From an uncultured Chloroflexia bacterium (GTDB taxonomy: Bacteria; Chloroflexota; Limnocylindria; Limnocylindrales; CSP1-4): a stretch of DNA of 64,000 nt. The notes under the pieces are model-generated. The model was not told the DNA's origin, ran no database searches, and saw only the letters and a program-made list of their open reading frames with translations. Each line of letters opens with the position of its first letter. The first letter of the stretch is position 1. Positions 44,338-53,731 of this stretch are shown here, in pieces. The stretch covers positions 134,293 to 198,292 of the forward strand of contig CAWHRD010000001.1 of NCBI GenBank assembly GCA_963831745.1, read 5' to 3'. Made by a program: the position numbers and the translations under genes.

Positions 44338-44961
44338 TCAGAAGTCCACGTCGGGCGCAAGCCAGCCCTTCTCGACCGCGATCCGCGCGGCCTCGGCTCG
44401 GTTCCGCGCACCGACCTTCTGGATGGCGGCCGACAGATGGTTGCGCACCGTTCCCTCGGACAGCCCGATCCGGGCCGCGATGTCCGAGATGGTTCCGCTG
44501 GACGCCGACAGAGCCAGCACCTCGCGCTCACGCTCGGAGAGCGGGTTCGCACCCTCGCTCAGGGCCGCGAGCGCCAGCGCCGGGTCCACCACCCTCTGGC
44601 CCCGCGCCGCACGCCGGACGGCGTCGGCCAGCTGTGCCACGGGAGCGTCCTTGAGCAGGAACCCGATCGCGCCCGCCTCCATCGCCCGCCGAAGGTAGCC
44701 CGGCCGGCCGAAGGTGGTGAGGATGATCACGCGACACCCGGGCATGGCGGCACGCAGCTGGGCGGCGGCCGCAAGGCCGTCGAGCCCCGGCATCTCGATG
44801 TCGATGAGTGCGACGTCAGGGCGGACCTCGAGGGCCCGCGGCACCACCTCGTCGCCGCGGCCGACTTCCCCGACCACCTCGAAGTCGCTCTCCATCGCGA
44901 GCAGTGCGGCGAGGGCACCCCGGACCATCGCCTGGTCTTCGGCGATCAGGATCCGCGTCAC
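44338..44961 (-). CDS. NarL/FixJ-family response regulator (DesR-like)
   Basis: Receiver 'ILIAEDQAMVR...DVALIDIEMPGLDG' plus LuxR HTH 'LSEREREVLAL...ISDIAARIGLSEGTVRNH'. Confidence 0.9.
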   Translation of the reverse strand: MTRILIAEDQAMVRGALAALLAMESDFEVVGEVGRGDEVVPRALEVRPDVALIDIEMPGLDGLAAAAQLRAAMPGCRVIILTTFGRPGYLRRAMEAGAIGFLLKDAPVAQLADAVRRAARGQRVVDPALALAALSEGANPLSEREREVLALSASSGTISDIAARIGLSEGTVRNHLSAAIQKVGARNRAEAARIAVEKGWLAPDVDF

Positions 44962-46082
44962 TCGGTGACCTGCGTGGGGACGGTGACCAACAGCCGGAAC
45001 CCGCGGTCTTCGAGCGGGCCCGCGTCGACCGTACCCCCCAGGCGGCCGGCCCGCTCGCGCAGGCCGACGAGCCCGGTCCCGGGAAGATCCGGCTCCATGC
45101 GACGTTCCGGCGCGCCAGGGCCATCGTCCGTCACCTCGACCGCCCGGGACCCTCGATCCGCGAAGACTCGGATGCGCGCCGACGATGCCTGGCTGTGGCG
45201 CAGCACGTTGGTGACACCCTCGCGGACTGCCCAGCCCAGGAGAGCGTCGACATCGCGCGGCAGCGCCCCGGGCGCTGCCTCAACGTGACTCGAGATCCCT
45301 GCGGCCGCGAGGGCGGCGCGCGCGCCGGTGAGCTCCGCGGCCAACGATGGCTGCCGGTAGCCGCCCACCGTCTCGCGCACCGAACCGAGGGCATCGCGGG
45401 CCACCCGCTCGACGTCGGCGATCTCGGACGCCGCGCGGGTCGGATCTCCGGGCAGAAGCCGGCCGGCCAGCTCGCTCTTCAGCGCGATGACCGAGAGGCT
45501 GCGGCCAAGCGTGTCATGGAGGTCCCGTGCGATCCGGCTCCGCTCCTCGGCGACCGCGACATCCGCGAGCTCGCGGCGGGCGGCCAGAAGCTGGCGGTTG
45601 GTCCGTCCGAGCGCCGAGAGCATGAAGAGCGTCAAGGAGATCGTGCCCACCGTGACGCCGACAGTCACCCCATCTCCCGGATCGGACGAGGCATACCCGA
45701 CCGACAGCGTCGCCGCGAGCGTGACCAGGGCGATCCCGCCGATCGCCCGGCGCTCGGGCGCCAGCCGGGCTGCCGTCACGCCGGCGTAGAAGAAGAGCGC
45801 CACGCCCTCGGCCGTGCCGAACGCGATCGCGGCGACGGCGGCGATCGCGGTGATCGCGGCGGCCGCCATGGCGAGCCAGGGGCCCCCGGCCCGGGGATCG
45901 AACGGCGAGCGTCCGAACAGGACGACGAGGACGATCCCGAAGATCGCCCAGCCCACGAGCAGCAGCAGGAGGGCCGCGGGAGCGGGCGGGTGGGTCAGGA
46001 GCGAGAAGAGCGGCGACAGCGTGAAGAACGTGATCGCCGCGACGAACGTCGCTCGCACGCGCGGGCGGCGCTCGCCGAACAT
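44958..46082 (-). CDS. Sensor histidine kinase (HisKA_3/DesK type)
   Basis: 'ERSRIARDLHDTLGRSLS' H-box and 'EGVTNVLRHS...DDGPG...GTGLVGLRER'. ATG at 46082 follows GGGAGGGG. An alternative ATG at 46142 would overlap the upstream gene. Confidence 0.85.
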   Translation of the reverse strand: MFGERRPRVRATFVAAITFFTLSPLFSLLTHPPAPAALLLLLVGWAIFGIVLVVLFGRSPFDPRAGGPWLAMAAAAITAIAAVAAIAFGTAEGVALFFYAGVTAARLAPERRAIGGIALVTLAATLSVGYASSDPGDGVTVGVTVGTISLTLFMLSALGRTNRQLLAARRELADVAVAEERSRIARDLHDTLGRSLSVIALKSELAGRLLPGDPTRAASEIADVERVARDALGSVRETVGGYRQPSLAAELTGARAALAAAGISSHVEAAPGALPRDVDALLGWAVREGVTNVLRHSQASSARIRVFADRGSRAVEVTDDGPGAPERRMEPDLPGTGLVGLRERAGRLGGTVDAGPLEDRGFRLLVTVPTQVTE

Positions 46083-46119
46083 GAGGGCGGCCCCTCCCAC
46101 GTTGCCGGCTCCGCCCGGC

Positions 46120-46899
46120 TCAGGCCCGACCGGCTCGTTCATCGGCGAGATAGCGCCACGCGGCGAGTCCGGCCAGGCCGACAGCGAACACGGCGATGAC
46201 CAGGATGTCCGCGGGATCGGGCGCCCGGCCGCTGACCGCGGCCCGCCCAAGGCTGGCGAGGTGGAACGACGGGAGCATGTGCCCAATCGTAGCGAGCGCG
46301 GAAGGGAATGCCTCGAGCGGGGCAAACAGCCCCCCCAGGATCGCGAGCGCGAAGAACGCCAGGACCATTCCGCCCTGGGCGCTCTCGACGTCAAGGACGT
46401 ACCCGATCAGGACGCCGAGTGCCGCGAACGGGAGCGATCCGAGCGCAACCGCCACGACCAGCAGGATCCAGCTCGTGGCCGCCAGCGTGACGTGGTTGAC
46501 CAGCAGGCCGGCGAGCGCCACGAGCACGAGCGCCGGGACGGTGACCACGACCGCCGCGACAACCTTGGCCCCGACGTAGGCGGGGCCCGGCAGCGGGGTG
46601 ACGCGCAGCTGCCTCGCCCACCCGACACGGCGCTCAGCCGCGATGGGCGCTGCCTGGCTCATCGCCGCGCCCATGGCTCCGTAGGCCGCCATCGACACGA
46701 GGAAGTAGACAGGCCACGCCAGACCGTCGATCGGCCCGCTCGACGTGGCCGGCAGCACGGCCGTGTAGAGGATGTAGAGGGTCACCGGAAACGCGATGGT
46801 GAACACGAGATAGCGGCGATTTCGCAGCGTGCGCCGGACCTCGAGGCCGAGGTAGGCGAGGAAGGGCGACGGGCTGCCGAGCGGCAGGGACGCGAGCAT
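46120..46899 (-). CDS. ABC-2 type transporter permease
   Basis: 259 aa with 6 TM. AGGAG RBS. It follows the ATPase gene directly. Confidence 0.8.
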   Translation of the reverse strand: MLASLPLGSPSPFLAYLGLEVRRTLRNRRYLVFTIAFPVTLYILYTAVLPATSSGPIDGLAWPVYFLVSMAAYGAMGAAMSQAAPIAAERRVGWARQLRVTPLPGPAYVGAKVVAAVVVTVPALVLVALAGLLVNHVTLAATSWILLVVAVALGSLPFAALGVLIGYVLDVESAQGGMVLAFFALAILGGLFAPLEAFPSALATIGHMLPSFHLASLGRAAVSGRAPDPADILVIAVFAVGLAGLAAWRYLADERAGRA

Positions 46900-46938
46900 C
46901 GGAGGCTCCTCTTTCGCTACATCGAGGGTAGTGCCGGC

Positions 46939-47904
46939 TCAGGCCGCAGCGGTTGCGGTGCGAGTGAGGGCCAGGAAGGCGGCGTCGAGACTCGGGCCCA
47001 CGACCTCGAGGTTGCGAAACGGCACCTCCGCCTCCACCAGGGCGCGGACGGTGGCGTCGGCGTCAGCGGAGACCAAGTTCACGACCTCCCCGCGCACCTC
47101 GGCCCGGATCACGCCGGGCAGGTGTCGCAGGGACGCCACGTCGGCGCCGGGCCACGCGAACTGGACCGTTCGCTCGCGCACGATCCTCTTGAGGTCGGTC
47201 GCGGATCCGTTGGCCACGATGAGCCCGTGGTCGAGGACGACGATCCGGTCGGCAACCTGGTCGGCCTCGTCGAGGTAGTGGGTGGCGAACAGGACGGTCC
47301 GGCCTTCTGCCGCGAACCCGCGCATGTCGTCCCAGAACGCTCGTCGCGACTCGACGTCCATCGCGACCGTCGGTTCGTCCAGGAACACGAGGTTGGGATC
47401 GCCGGCGATCGCCATCGCGAACCGGACGCGCTGGGCCTCGCCGCCCGACAGCGTCTCCGCCCGGCGTCTCACGATCTCGGCGAGGCCCGCGCGCCCCAGC
47501 ACCGCCTCGCGCGGCGTCGGGTGCGGATGGAGGCGACGGGCAAGGTCGACGAGCTCTCCCACGCTCGCGCCGGGGGGCAGCCCGACACCCTGGAGCATCG
47601 CGCCAACGCGGCCACTCCGCACGGCCTCGCGAGGTGCCAGTCCCATGGTCCGGGCAGACCCGCCGGTCGGCTCGAGGAGGCCGAGCATGATCCCGATCGC
47701 GGTGGATTTCCCGGCGCCGTTCGGGCCAAGCAGGGCGACGGTCTCGCCGGCACGGATCTCGAGACTTACGTCGACGAGCGCCGTCGTCTCCCCGAACTGA
47801 CGCGAGACGTGCTCCAAGCCGACGGCAGGGTGCGGGGAGACAAGGTGCGGGGCCCATGAAGCAGCGCGACTGGCGAACGCGGCGTCGAGCGACGGATCGG
47901 ACAT
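46939..47904 (-). CDS. ABC transporter ATP-binding protein
   Basis: Walker A 'GPNGAGKST', signature 'LSGGEAQR', Walker B 'LVFLDEPT'. The ATG at 47904 ('MSDPSL') is chosen. Confidence 0.9.
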   Translation of the reverse strand: MSDPSLDAAFASRAASWAPHLVSPHPAVGLEHVSRQFGETTALVDVSLEIRAGETVALLGPNGAGKSTAIGIMLGLLEPTGGSARTMGLAPREAVRSGRVGAMLQGVGLPPGASVGELVDLARRLHPHPTPREAVLGRAGLAEIVRRRAETLSGGEAQRVRFAMAIAGDPNLVFLDEPTVAMDVESRRAFWDDMRGFAAEGRTVLFATHYLDEADQVADRIVVLDHGLIVANGSATDLKRIVRERTVQFAWPGADVASLRHLPGVIRAEVRGEVVNLVSADADATVRALVEAEVPFRNLEVVGPSLDAAFLALTRTATAAA

Positions 47905-47912
47905 CGGATGCA

Positions 47913-47944
47913 CCTCGTGGAACGCGAAACGTGATGCCACGAGG
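47913..47944 (-). promoter_or_regulatory. 8-bp perfect stem hairpin in the 5' leader of the ABC/two-component operon that includes the likely Shine-Dalgarno sequence
   Basis: On the minus strand: cctcgtgg-N16-ccacGAGGtgcatccgATG. The 3' arm contains GAGG 8 nt upstream of the start. Confidence 0.3.
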
Positions 47945-47989
47945 ATCGCCGGCGAGCATCCGGCTGCGAAGTCACGCGCGTCGGGATCG

Positions 47990-48011
47990 GGCCGTGACAC
48001 CCGTCACGGCC
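47990..48011 (-). terminator. 9-bp perfect GC hairpin downstream of the malic enzyme gene
   Basis: ggccgtgac(47990-47998)/gtcacggcc(48003-48011), 4-nt loop, about 47 nt after the stop at 48058. Confidence 0.45.
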
Positions 48012-48057
48012 CGACGGTCCCTTCTCGCGTCGCCTGGCGGCGCCCGGAAGCGTCCGG

Positions 48058-49767
48058 TCAGGCCGGCTCGTAGTCGAGGTAGTCGGGCCACCAGATGGCG
48101 GCGTCGACCGCCCGCTCCACGAGCGCCATCCCCACCTCGCCGGCCGGCAGCGGCTCGCCGTCGAGGGTCCCGATCTCGTTGACCACTGCGATCGCGATGG
48201 CCCGCGAGATCGATCGCAGGTCGGCCATCGGCGGATAGAGCGCCCCGCAGGCCAGCCGCTCGGGCGGCACCAGGTCCGCCAGCGTGCGCGCGGCCACGAG
48301 GAACTCCGCGTCGCGGATCACCTTCGGGCCGGCCACGATCGCCCCGAGCCCCAGGCCCGGGAAGATGAACGAGTTGTTGGCCTGGCCGACGACGCACGTC
48401 TTGTCGCCGTAGTGCACCGGCGGGAACGGGCTGCCGGTGGCGCACATGGCGCGCCCGTCGGTCCAGGCGGCGACCTGCTCCGGGGTCGCCTCCGTCTTGC
48501 TGGTCGGGTTCGAGAGCGGGAAGACCAGCGGCGTCGGGCAGACGTCGGCGAGGGCGCCGATGAGCTCCTGGGTGAAGGCACCCGGCGTCTGGGTCGTCCC
48601 GATGAGGGTCCCCGGCCGCACCGTGCGCACGACGTCGACGGGGGTGGCCGACGGCGCCAGGCCGAGGGCGGCGAGGTCCTCGTCGGTGAGGCCGAGCGCC
48701 GCCTTGTCGTCCTCGATGCCCGGACGGCTGACGTAGACGAGGCCCTTGGTGTCGAAGAGGATGGTCGAGCGCCGGATCGTCGTCTCGTCCTCGCCGGCCT
48801 CGCGCTGGGCGGCGTGGATGAGCCGGGCGATCCCGATCGCCGCGGCGCCGGCGCCCAGGAAGACGAACCGCTCCTCGGCGAGGGGTCGGCCGAGGTGCCC
48901 GAGCCCGGCGAGGATGCCCGCCAGCACCACCGAGGACGTTCCCTGGATGTCGTCGTTGAACGACAGCAGGCGGTCCCGGTAGCGGTCGAGGATCCGGATC
49001 GCGTTGTGCTGCTTGAAGTCCTCCCATTGGAGGAGCGCCCGCGGGAAGACCGCCTTGACGCCCTCCACGAACGCCTCGATGAAGGCGTCGTACTCCGGGC
49101 CGCGGAGGCGCGGATGGCGCCAGCCGAGGTAGAAGGGGTCGGACAGCAGGGCGGCGTTGTCCGTGCCCACGTCGAGCGAGACCGGCAGGGTCCAGGCGGG
49201 GTAGATGCCGGCGCCGGCGGAGTAGAGCGCGAGCTTGCCGACCGGGATCCCCATCCCGCCGGCGCCCTGGTCGCCGAGGCCCAGGATCCGCTCGTTGTCG
49301 GTCGCCACGATGAGGCGCACCTCGGTCTGCGAGGCGTTCCGGAGAACCTCCGGGATGCGGTGCGCGTCGGCGGGCGTGATCCAGACACCGCGCGGGCGGC
49401 GGAAGATGTGGCTGTACTCCTGGCAGGCGCGCCCCACGGTCGGCGTGTAGACGATCGGCAGGAACTCCTCGAGGTTCTCGGCGACCAGGCGGAAGAAGAG
49501 CGTCTCGTTGCGGTCCTGGAGCGCCGCCAGGCCGATGAACTTCTCGAGGTCGTCGGCCTTGCGGCGGACGTGCTCGAGCTCGAGGGCGAGCTGCTCCTCG
49601 AGGGTCATCACGTGCGTCGGCAGCAGCCCGTGGAGGCCGAACCAGTCGCGCTCCTCGTCGGGGAACGCGGAGTCCTTGTTGTACAGGGGCCGCCCCAGCA
49701 GGGAGCGGCCGCGGAACGCGACGCGGAGGGGCGTCCTGGGATCAGGGGGTGCGGCGATATGGCTCAA
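48058..49767 (-). CDS. maeA: NAD-dependent malic enzyme
   Basis: 'LYNKDSAFPDEER', 'VYTPTVG.AC', 'TDNERILGLGDQGAGGMGIPVGK', 'FNDDIQGT' and 'GAGAAAIG'. TTG start overlaps the usp stop (TTGA). Confidence 0.92.
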   Translation of the reverse strand: MSHIAAPPDPRTPLRVAFRGRSLLGRPLYNKDSAFPDEERDWFGLHGLLPTHVMTLEEQLALELEHVRRKADDLEKFIGLAALQDRNETLFFRLVAENLEEFLPIVYTPTVGRACQEYSHIFRRPRGVWITPADAHRIPEVLRNASQTEVRLIVATDNERILGLGDQGAGGMGIPVGKLALYSAGAGIYPAWTLPVSLDVGTDNAALLSDPFYLGWRHPRLRGPEYDAFIEAFVEGVKAVFPRALLQWEDFKQHNAIRILDRYRDRLLSFNDDIQGTSSVVLAGILAGLGHLGRPLAEERFVFLGAGAAAIGIARLIHAAQREAGEDETTIRRSTILFDTKGLVYVSRPGIEDDKAALGLTDEDLAALGLAPSATPVDVVRTVRPGTLIGTTQTPGAFTQELIGALADVCPTPLVFPLSNPTSKTEATPEQVAAWTDGRAMCATGSPFPPVHYGDKTCVVGQANNSFIFPGLGLGAIVAGPKVIRDAEFLVAARTLADLVPPERLACGALYPPMADLRSISRAIAIAVVNEIGTLDGEPLPAGEVGMALVERAVDAAIWWPDYLDYEPA

Positions 49768-50165
49768 TGGGTCACCACCACGGTTGCGGATGAATGGGTC
49801 ACGACATGCTCCGAGACGCTCCCGCGAAGGACACGGTCGAGCGCGCTCAGGCCGCGGGAGCCGATGACGATGGTGTCGAAGCCGCCCTCGGCGGCGATCC
49901 GCTCGATCGTCCGGGCGGGGTCGCCCAGGGGTTCAAGCAGGTCCACCTGGAGCCCGTGCTGCGCGAGGGCGCGCTGCGCGTCGTGCAGCTCGCGGGCGTG
50001 GGCCTCGCCCCCGTCCCACGGCTCGGTCGGCTTCCCGTCGGCGCCGACCGGGACCACGGAGACCACGGAGAGGGACGCCCGGAACGCGAGGGCCAGCTCC
50101 GCGGCCGTCTCCAGCGCGCGGCGCGCGGGCTCGCCCCCGTCATACGCGAGAAGGATTCGTTCCAT
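49764..50165 (-). CDS. Universal stress protein (UspA family)
   Basis: 'MERILLAYDGGEPARRALE...IVIGSRGLSALDRVLRGSVSEHVVTHSSATVVV'. Confidence 0.85.
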   Translation of the reverse strand: MERILLAYDGGEPARRALETAAELALAFRASLSVVSVVPVGADGKPTEPWDGGEAHARELHDAQRALAQHGLQVDLLEPLGDPARTIERIAAEGGFDTIVIGSRGLSALDRVLRGSVSEHVVTHSSATVVVTH

Positions 50166-50286
50166 CGCCTGACTCCCGCTCGCGAGTCGGCCTGACGCCG
50201 GGTCGGCTCGGTCTACGGAGCACAGGTTCGCGCCGGCGGGCGGCCGCCGATAGGGCTGGTGGACGCGATCTCCCGGGCCGGTCGGG

Positions 50287-50363
50287 CCGCGCGGCGGGGG
50301 CCGCCCGGCGGGCGCCGCGCGGCGGGGGCCGCCCGGCGGCGGCAGCGGGGGGCCGCCCGGCGG
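50287..50363. repeat. GC-rich degenerate direct repeats (ccgcgcggcgggggccgcccggcgg x2 at 28-bp period, plus a partial third copy)
   Basis: Copies at 50287-50311 and 50315-50339, with a partial copy near 50347-50363. Located in the rplY-usp spacer. Confidence 0.7.
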
Positions 50364-50433
50364 AGACCGCGCGGCGCTGGCCGCGCGGCGGCGGCAGCGG
50401 GGAACTGGCCGCGACGCCGGAGCCGCGAGCGGG

Positions 50434-51084
50434 TCAGGCCTCGGCGCCCTCCGCACCCTCCTCGGCAGCCTCGCCCTCGGCGGCGGCAGCTTCGGTCGGG
50501 GCGACGGCCTCGACCTCCTGGACGCGCGGCGGCGCGACCTTGAAGACGATCTCGTCGGGGTCGGTGAGCAGCTGCACGCCGTCCGGGATCACGAGGTCCC
50601 GGGCATGGATGGCGGCGTCGAAGTCCACGAGGACCGCGAGGTCGACCTCGATCACCTGCGGCAGGTTGTCCGGGCGCGCCCGGACCTTCACGCTGCCGCT
50701 GGCGTTGAGGAGCGTCCCACCGTGCTTCGTCACGGCTTCGGAATCGCCGATGCCGTGGACCGGCACGTCGACCGTGAGCTCCTCGGTCATGCGCACCGCG
50801 AACAGGTCGACGTGGATCGGCCGCCGGTTCACCTTGTGGATCTGGACCCCGTGGACCAGGACCGGCGTCGGCTTCGAGCCGTCGACCGAGAGGTCGATGA
50901 GGGCGTTCGGGCCGACGCGGCGGCGCAGGAGCTCGAAGTCGTGCGCGTCGAGGGAGACCGAGGCCGACTCGACGCCGTGGCCGAAGACGACGGCCGGGAG
51001 GCGCCCGTCGCGGCGCAGGCCTGCGACGGCCTTGCCCGTGACGGTGCGGTGCTCGGCGGCGAGCGTGGGGCGGGTGGACGTCAT
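50434..51084 (-). CDS. rplY: 50S ribosomal protein L25 / general stress protein Ctc
   Basis: 'GKAVAGLRRDGRLPAVVFGHG', 'VLVHGVQIHKVNRRPIHVDLFAV', and an acidic Ala/Glu tail. Confidence 0.9.
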   Translation of the reverse strand: MTSTRPTLAAEHRTVTGKAVAGLRRDGRLPAVVFGHGVESASVSLDAHDFELLRRRVGPNALIDLSVDGSKPTPVLVHGVQIHKVNRRPIHVDLFAVRMTEELTVDVPVHGIGDSEAVTKHGGTLLNASGSVKVRARPDNLPQVIEVDLAVLVDFDAAIHARDLVIPDGVQLLTDPDEIVFKVAPPRVQEVEAVAPTEAAAAEGEAAEEGAEGAEA

Positions 51085-51239
51085 GGGGGATCCTCTGGTG
51101 CGTGGCAGGTTCTGCGTCGGCGGCGGCGCCGGGCTGGGCGCGCCCCGGGGCGACGGCGCGGCCGTCCTTGCGGCCGGGCGCCCGATCGTGCGCAGGGTAG
51201 CACGGCTTCGCCCTGCGGCGGGTGTACGATCCCGCCGCC

Positions 51240-51938
51240 ATGGCTGCCACGATCCTGATCGTCGAAGATGAGTACGCCGTCGCCCGCGGAATCGAGTACG
51301 CCCTGGCCCAGGAGGGCTACACGGTGACGGTGGCGCGTTCCGGCGAGGAAGGGCTGGAGTTCGCCTCGCACCAGGCGCCGGACCTCGTGGTGCTCGACGT
51401 GCGGCTGCCGGGGATGGACGGCTTCGAGGTCCTCCGCCGGCTCCGGGCGACCGGGGCCAAGATGCCGGTCCTCGTGCTGACCGCCCGCGACGACGAGGTC
51501 GACAAGGTGATCGGCCTGGAGCTCGGGGCCGACGACTACCTGACGAAGCCGTTCGGGCTGCGCGAGCTGATGAGCCGGATCCGGGCGCTCCTGCGGCGCG
51601 CCTACGGCGACCTGGCGGATGCCGCCGGGGGTCGGGTGATCCGCCACCGCGACCTCGTCATCGACCTCGAGCGGCGCCGGGTCCAGCGCGGGGGCAAGCG
51701 CCTGAGCCTGACGCCGACCGAGTTCGAGATCCTGCGCCACCTCGCCAGCCGGCCGGGACGCGTCTACACGCGGGGCGAGCTGCTGGAGCTCCTGCGGGAC
51801 TACGAGGCGCTCGACCAGGACGAGAAGACCATCAACGTGCACATCAGCCACCTGCGCGAGAAGATCGAGGACGATCCGTCGCAGCCGGTCTTCGTCCTGA
51901 CCGTCCGGGGAGCCGGCTACGCCTTCGCCGACCGCTGA
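51240..51938 (+). CDS. OmpR/PhoB-family response regulator
   Basis: 'ILIVEDE...DLVVLDVRLPGMDGFEV' receiver plus a winged-helix domain 'LTPTEFEILRHLA..PGRVYTRGELL...VRGAGY'. An alternative GTG start is at 51222. Confidence 0.9.
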   Translation: MAATILIVEDEYAVARGIEYALAQEGYTVTVARSGEEGLEFASHQAPDLVVLDVRLPGMDGFEVLRRLRATGAKMPVLVLTARDDEVDKVIGLELGADDYLTKPFGLRELMSRIRALLRRAYGDLADAAGGRVIRHRDLVIDLERRRVQRGGKRLSLTPTEFEILRHLASRPGRVYTRGELLELLRDYEALDQDEKTINVHISHLREKIEDDPSQPVFVLTVRGAGYAFADR

Positions 51939-52047
51939 CCTCGATCCCCGGGTCGCCGACCCGGCGCCGAGGCCCGCAGCGTCGGTCCCAGCCGCTGCCG
52001 CCCCCTCGGCGAGCCGGACCTTCCAGGCGCGCCTCACGCTCGCCTTC

Positions 52048-53613
52048 GTGGGCGTGGTGGCGCTCTCGCTGCTCGCCGTCTCGGCGATCGTCGTCAACCG
52101 GCTCGACGCCTACTTCCTCGACCAGGAGCAGACCGCCCTCGACGCGCGGTCGTCGGTGGTGACCCGGATCGTGGCCCTCTTCGCGAGCACCTCGGCCGGC
52201 AATGCGCCGGTCGTGGCCGCCGGCAACACGCTGAATCCCCGCGTCGCGGCCGACATCGGCAGCCAGGTCTTCCTCGCGTTCCTCGCCGACCAGGTCGCCC
52301 TGGCCGACGTCGAGATCCGGATCGGAGGCACGACCACCGACGACGCCGGGTCCCCGATCGTCACACCGTCGCAAGGGGGGACGTTCAGCCAGGACCTCAC
52401 CGCGCAGCCGGGTCCGGGCCAGTCCCGCGACGCGCTCACCTCCACGACCGCGTCCGGGCCGTACGCGCCCCCGGCGCTCGGCGAGCCGTGGGGGGTCGAG
52501 GCCGTCCTGGCCAACCCGTACACGACCCGCGCGTCCACCCTCGCCACGATCACCGGGCTCCTGGCGATCACCACGCTCGGGGCCCTGATGGCCGCGCTGC
52601 TCGTCTCGGCCTACCTCGCGGTGCGGTTCACCCGCCCGCTCCGACGCCTGGGGGAGGCGACGCGGCGCCTCGGCGCCGGCGACATGTCGGGACGGGTCCC
52701 GGCCGCCGAGCTGGAGAGCTCGTACTCGGAGGTCGCCGACCTGGCCCGGCAGTTCAACGTGATGGCCGAGCGGCTGGAGGAGTCGATCGAGCTGATCCGG
52801 CGCGACCGCGACCGGAGCCGCGACTTCCTGGCGGACGTCTCCCACGAGCTGCGCACGCCGCTGGCGGCGCTGCGCATGAACACCGAGCTGCTGCAGGGCC
52901 AGGCGGGAGACGACCCGACGACCCGCGCGGAGTTCCTGGCCACGAGCCGTCAGCAGCTCGACCGCCTGGATTGGCTCGCCTACAACCTCCTGGAGCTCTC
53001 GAAGCTCGAGTCGGGGCTCCTTCGCCTCGACCTCCGACCCGACGACCTCCGCTCGACCGTCGAGACGGCGTTCGAGCAGGCCGAGCCGGCGGGGCGCCGT
53101 CGGCGCGTCGCCCTCGAGCTGCACCTTCCCCCGGCCCCGGTGCGCATCCGGCACGACCCACCGCGGATCGGCCAGGTGATCGCCAACCTGCTCGGGAACG
53201 CGATCAAGTTCACGCCCCCCGGCGGAACCGTGACGCTGACCGTCGAGCCCCACCGCGACGGGGCCCGCCTCGAGGTCCGCGACACCGGCGTCGGGATCGA
53301 CGCCAGCGAGATCCCCCACATCTTCGAGCGCTTCTACCGCGGCTCGCGGGCCAACGAGGCGCGCGGCTCCGGGAGCGGCCTGGGCCTCGCCATCGTCAAG
53401 TCGATCGTCGACATGCACGGCGGCCGCATCTCGGTGGAGAGCCGCGTCGGCGGAGGGACCTCCTTCTCGGTGATCCTGCCGCGCGACCCGCGCCATCCCG
53501 ACGAGCACGGGCCGGTCGACGTCGGTCGGCCCGCGGCCGCGGCCGATCGGGCCCTTGCGACGTCCGGCCCGCCGCCGGACGAGCCCCCGGCGCCGGCCGA
53601 CACCGGGATGTGA
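52048..53613 (+). CDS. Sensor histidine kinase (HAMP, HisKA, HATPase_c)
   Basis: 'DFLADVSHELRTPLAAL' H-box, 'NLLGNAIKFTP', 'DTGVGI' and 'GSGLGLAIVK'. The first in-frame canonical start (GTG 52048) falls inside TM1. Confidence 0.85.
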   Translation: MGVVALSLLAVSAIVVNRLDAYFLDQEQTALDARSSVVTRIVALFASTSAGNAPVVAAGNTLNPRVAADIGSQVFLAFLADQVALADVEIRIGGTTTDDAGSPIVTPSQGGTFSQDLTAQPGPGQSRDALTSTTASGPYAPPALGEPWGVEAVLANPYTTRASTLATITGLLAITTLGALMAALLVSAYLAVRFTRPLRRLGEATRRLGAGDMSGRVPAAELESSYSEVADLARQFNVMAERLEESIELIRRDRDRSRDFLADVSHELRTPLAALRMNTELLQGQAGDDPTTRAEFLATSRQQLDRLDWLAYNLLELSKLESGLLRLDLRPDDLRSTVETAFEQAEPAGRRRRVALELHLPPAPVRIRHDPPRIGQVIANLLGNAIKFTPPGGTVTLTVEPHRDGARLEVRDTGVGIDASEIPHIFERFYRGSRANEARGSGSGLGLAIVKSIVDMHGGRISVESRVGGGTSFSVILPRDPRHPDEHGPVDVGRPAAAADRALATSGPPPDEPPAPADTGM

Positions 53614-53731
53614 CGATTTCTTCACCACGCCCGCGCCGGAGCCGCAACCCGGATGCGCGACGCTGGTGGCAGCATCATCGGCCGGGGCCCCAGCCCCGCC
53701 TGAGACCATCGTTCCTGGAGCATCCGGACGC

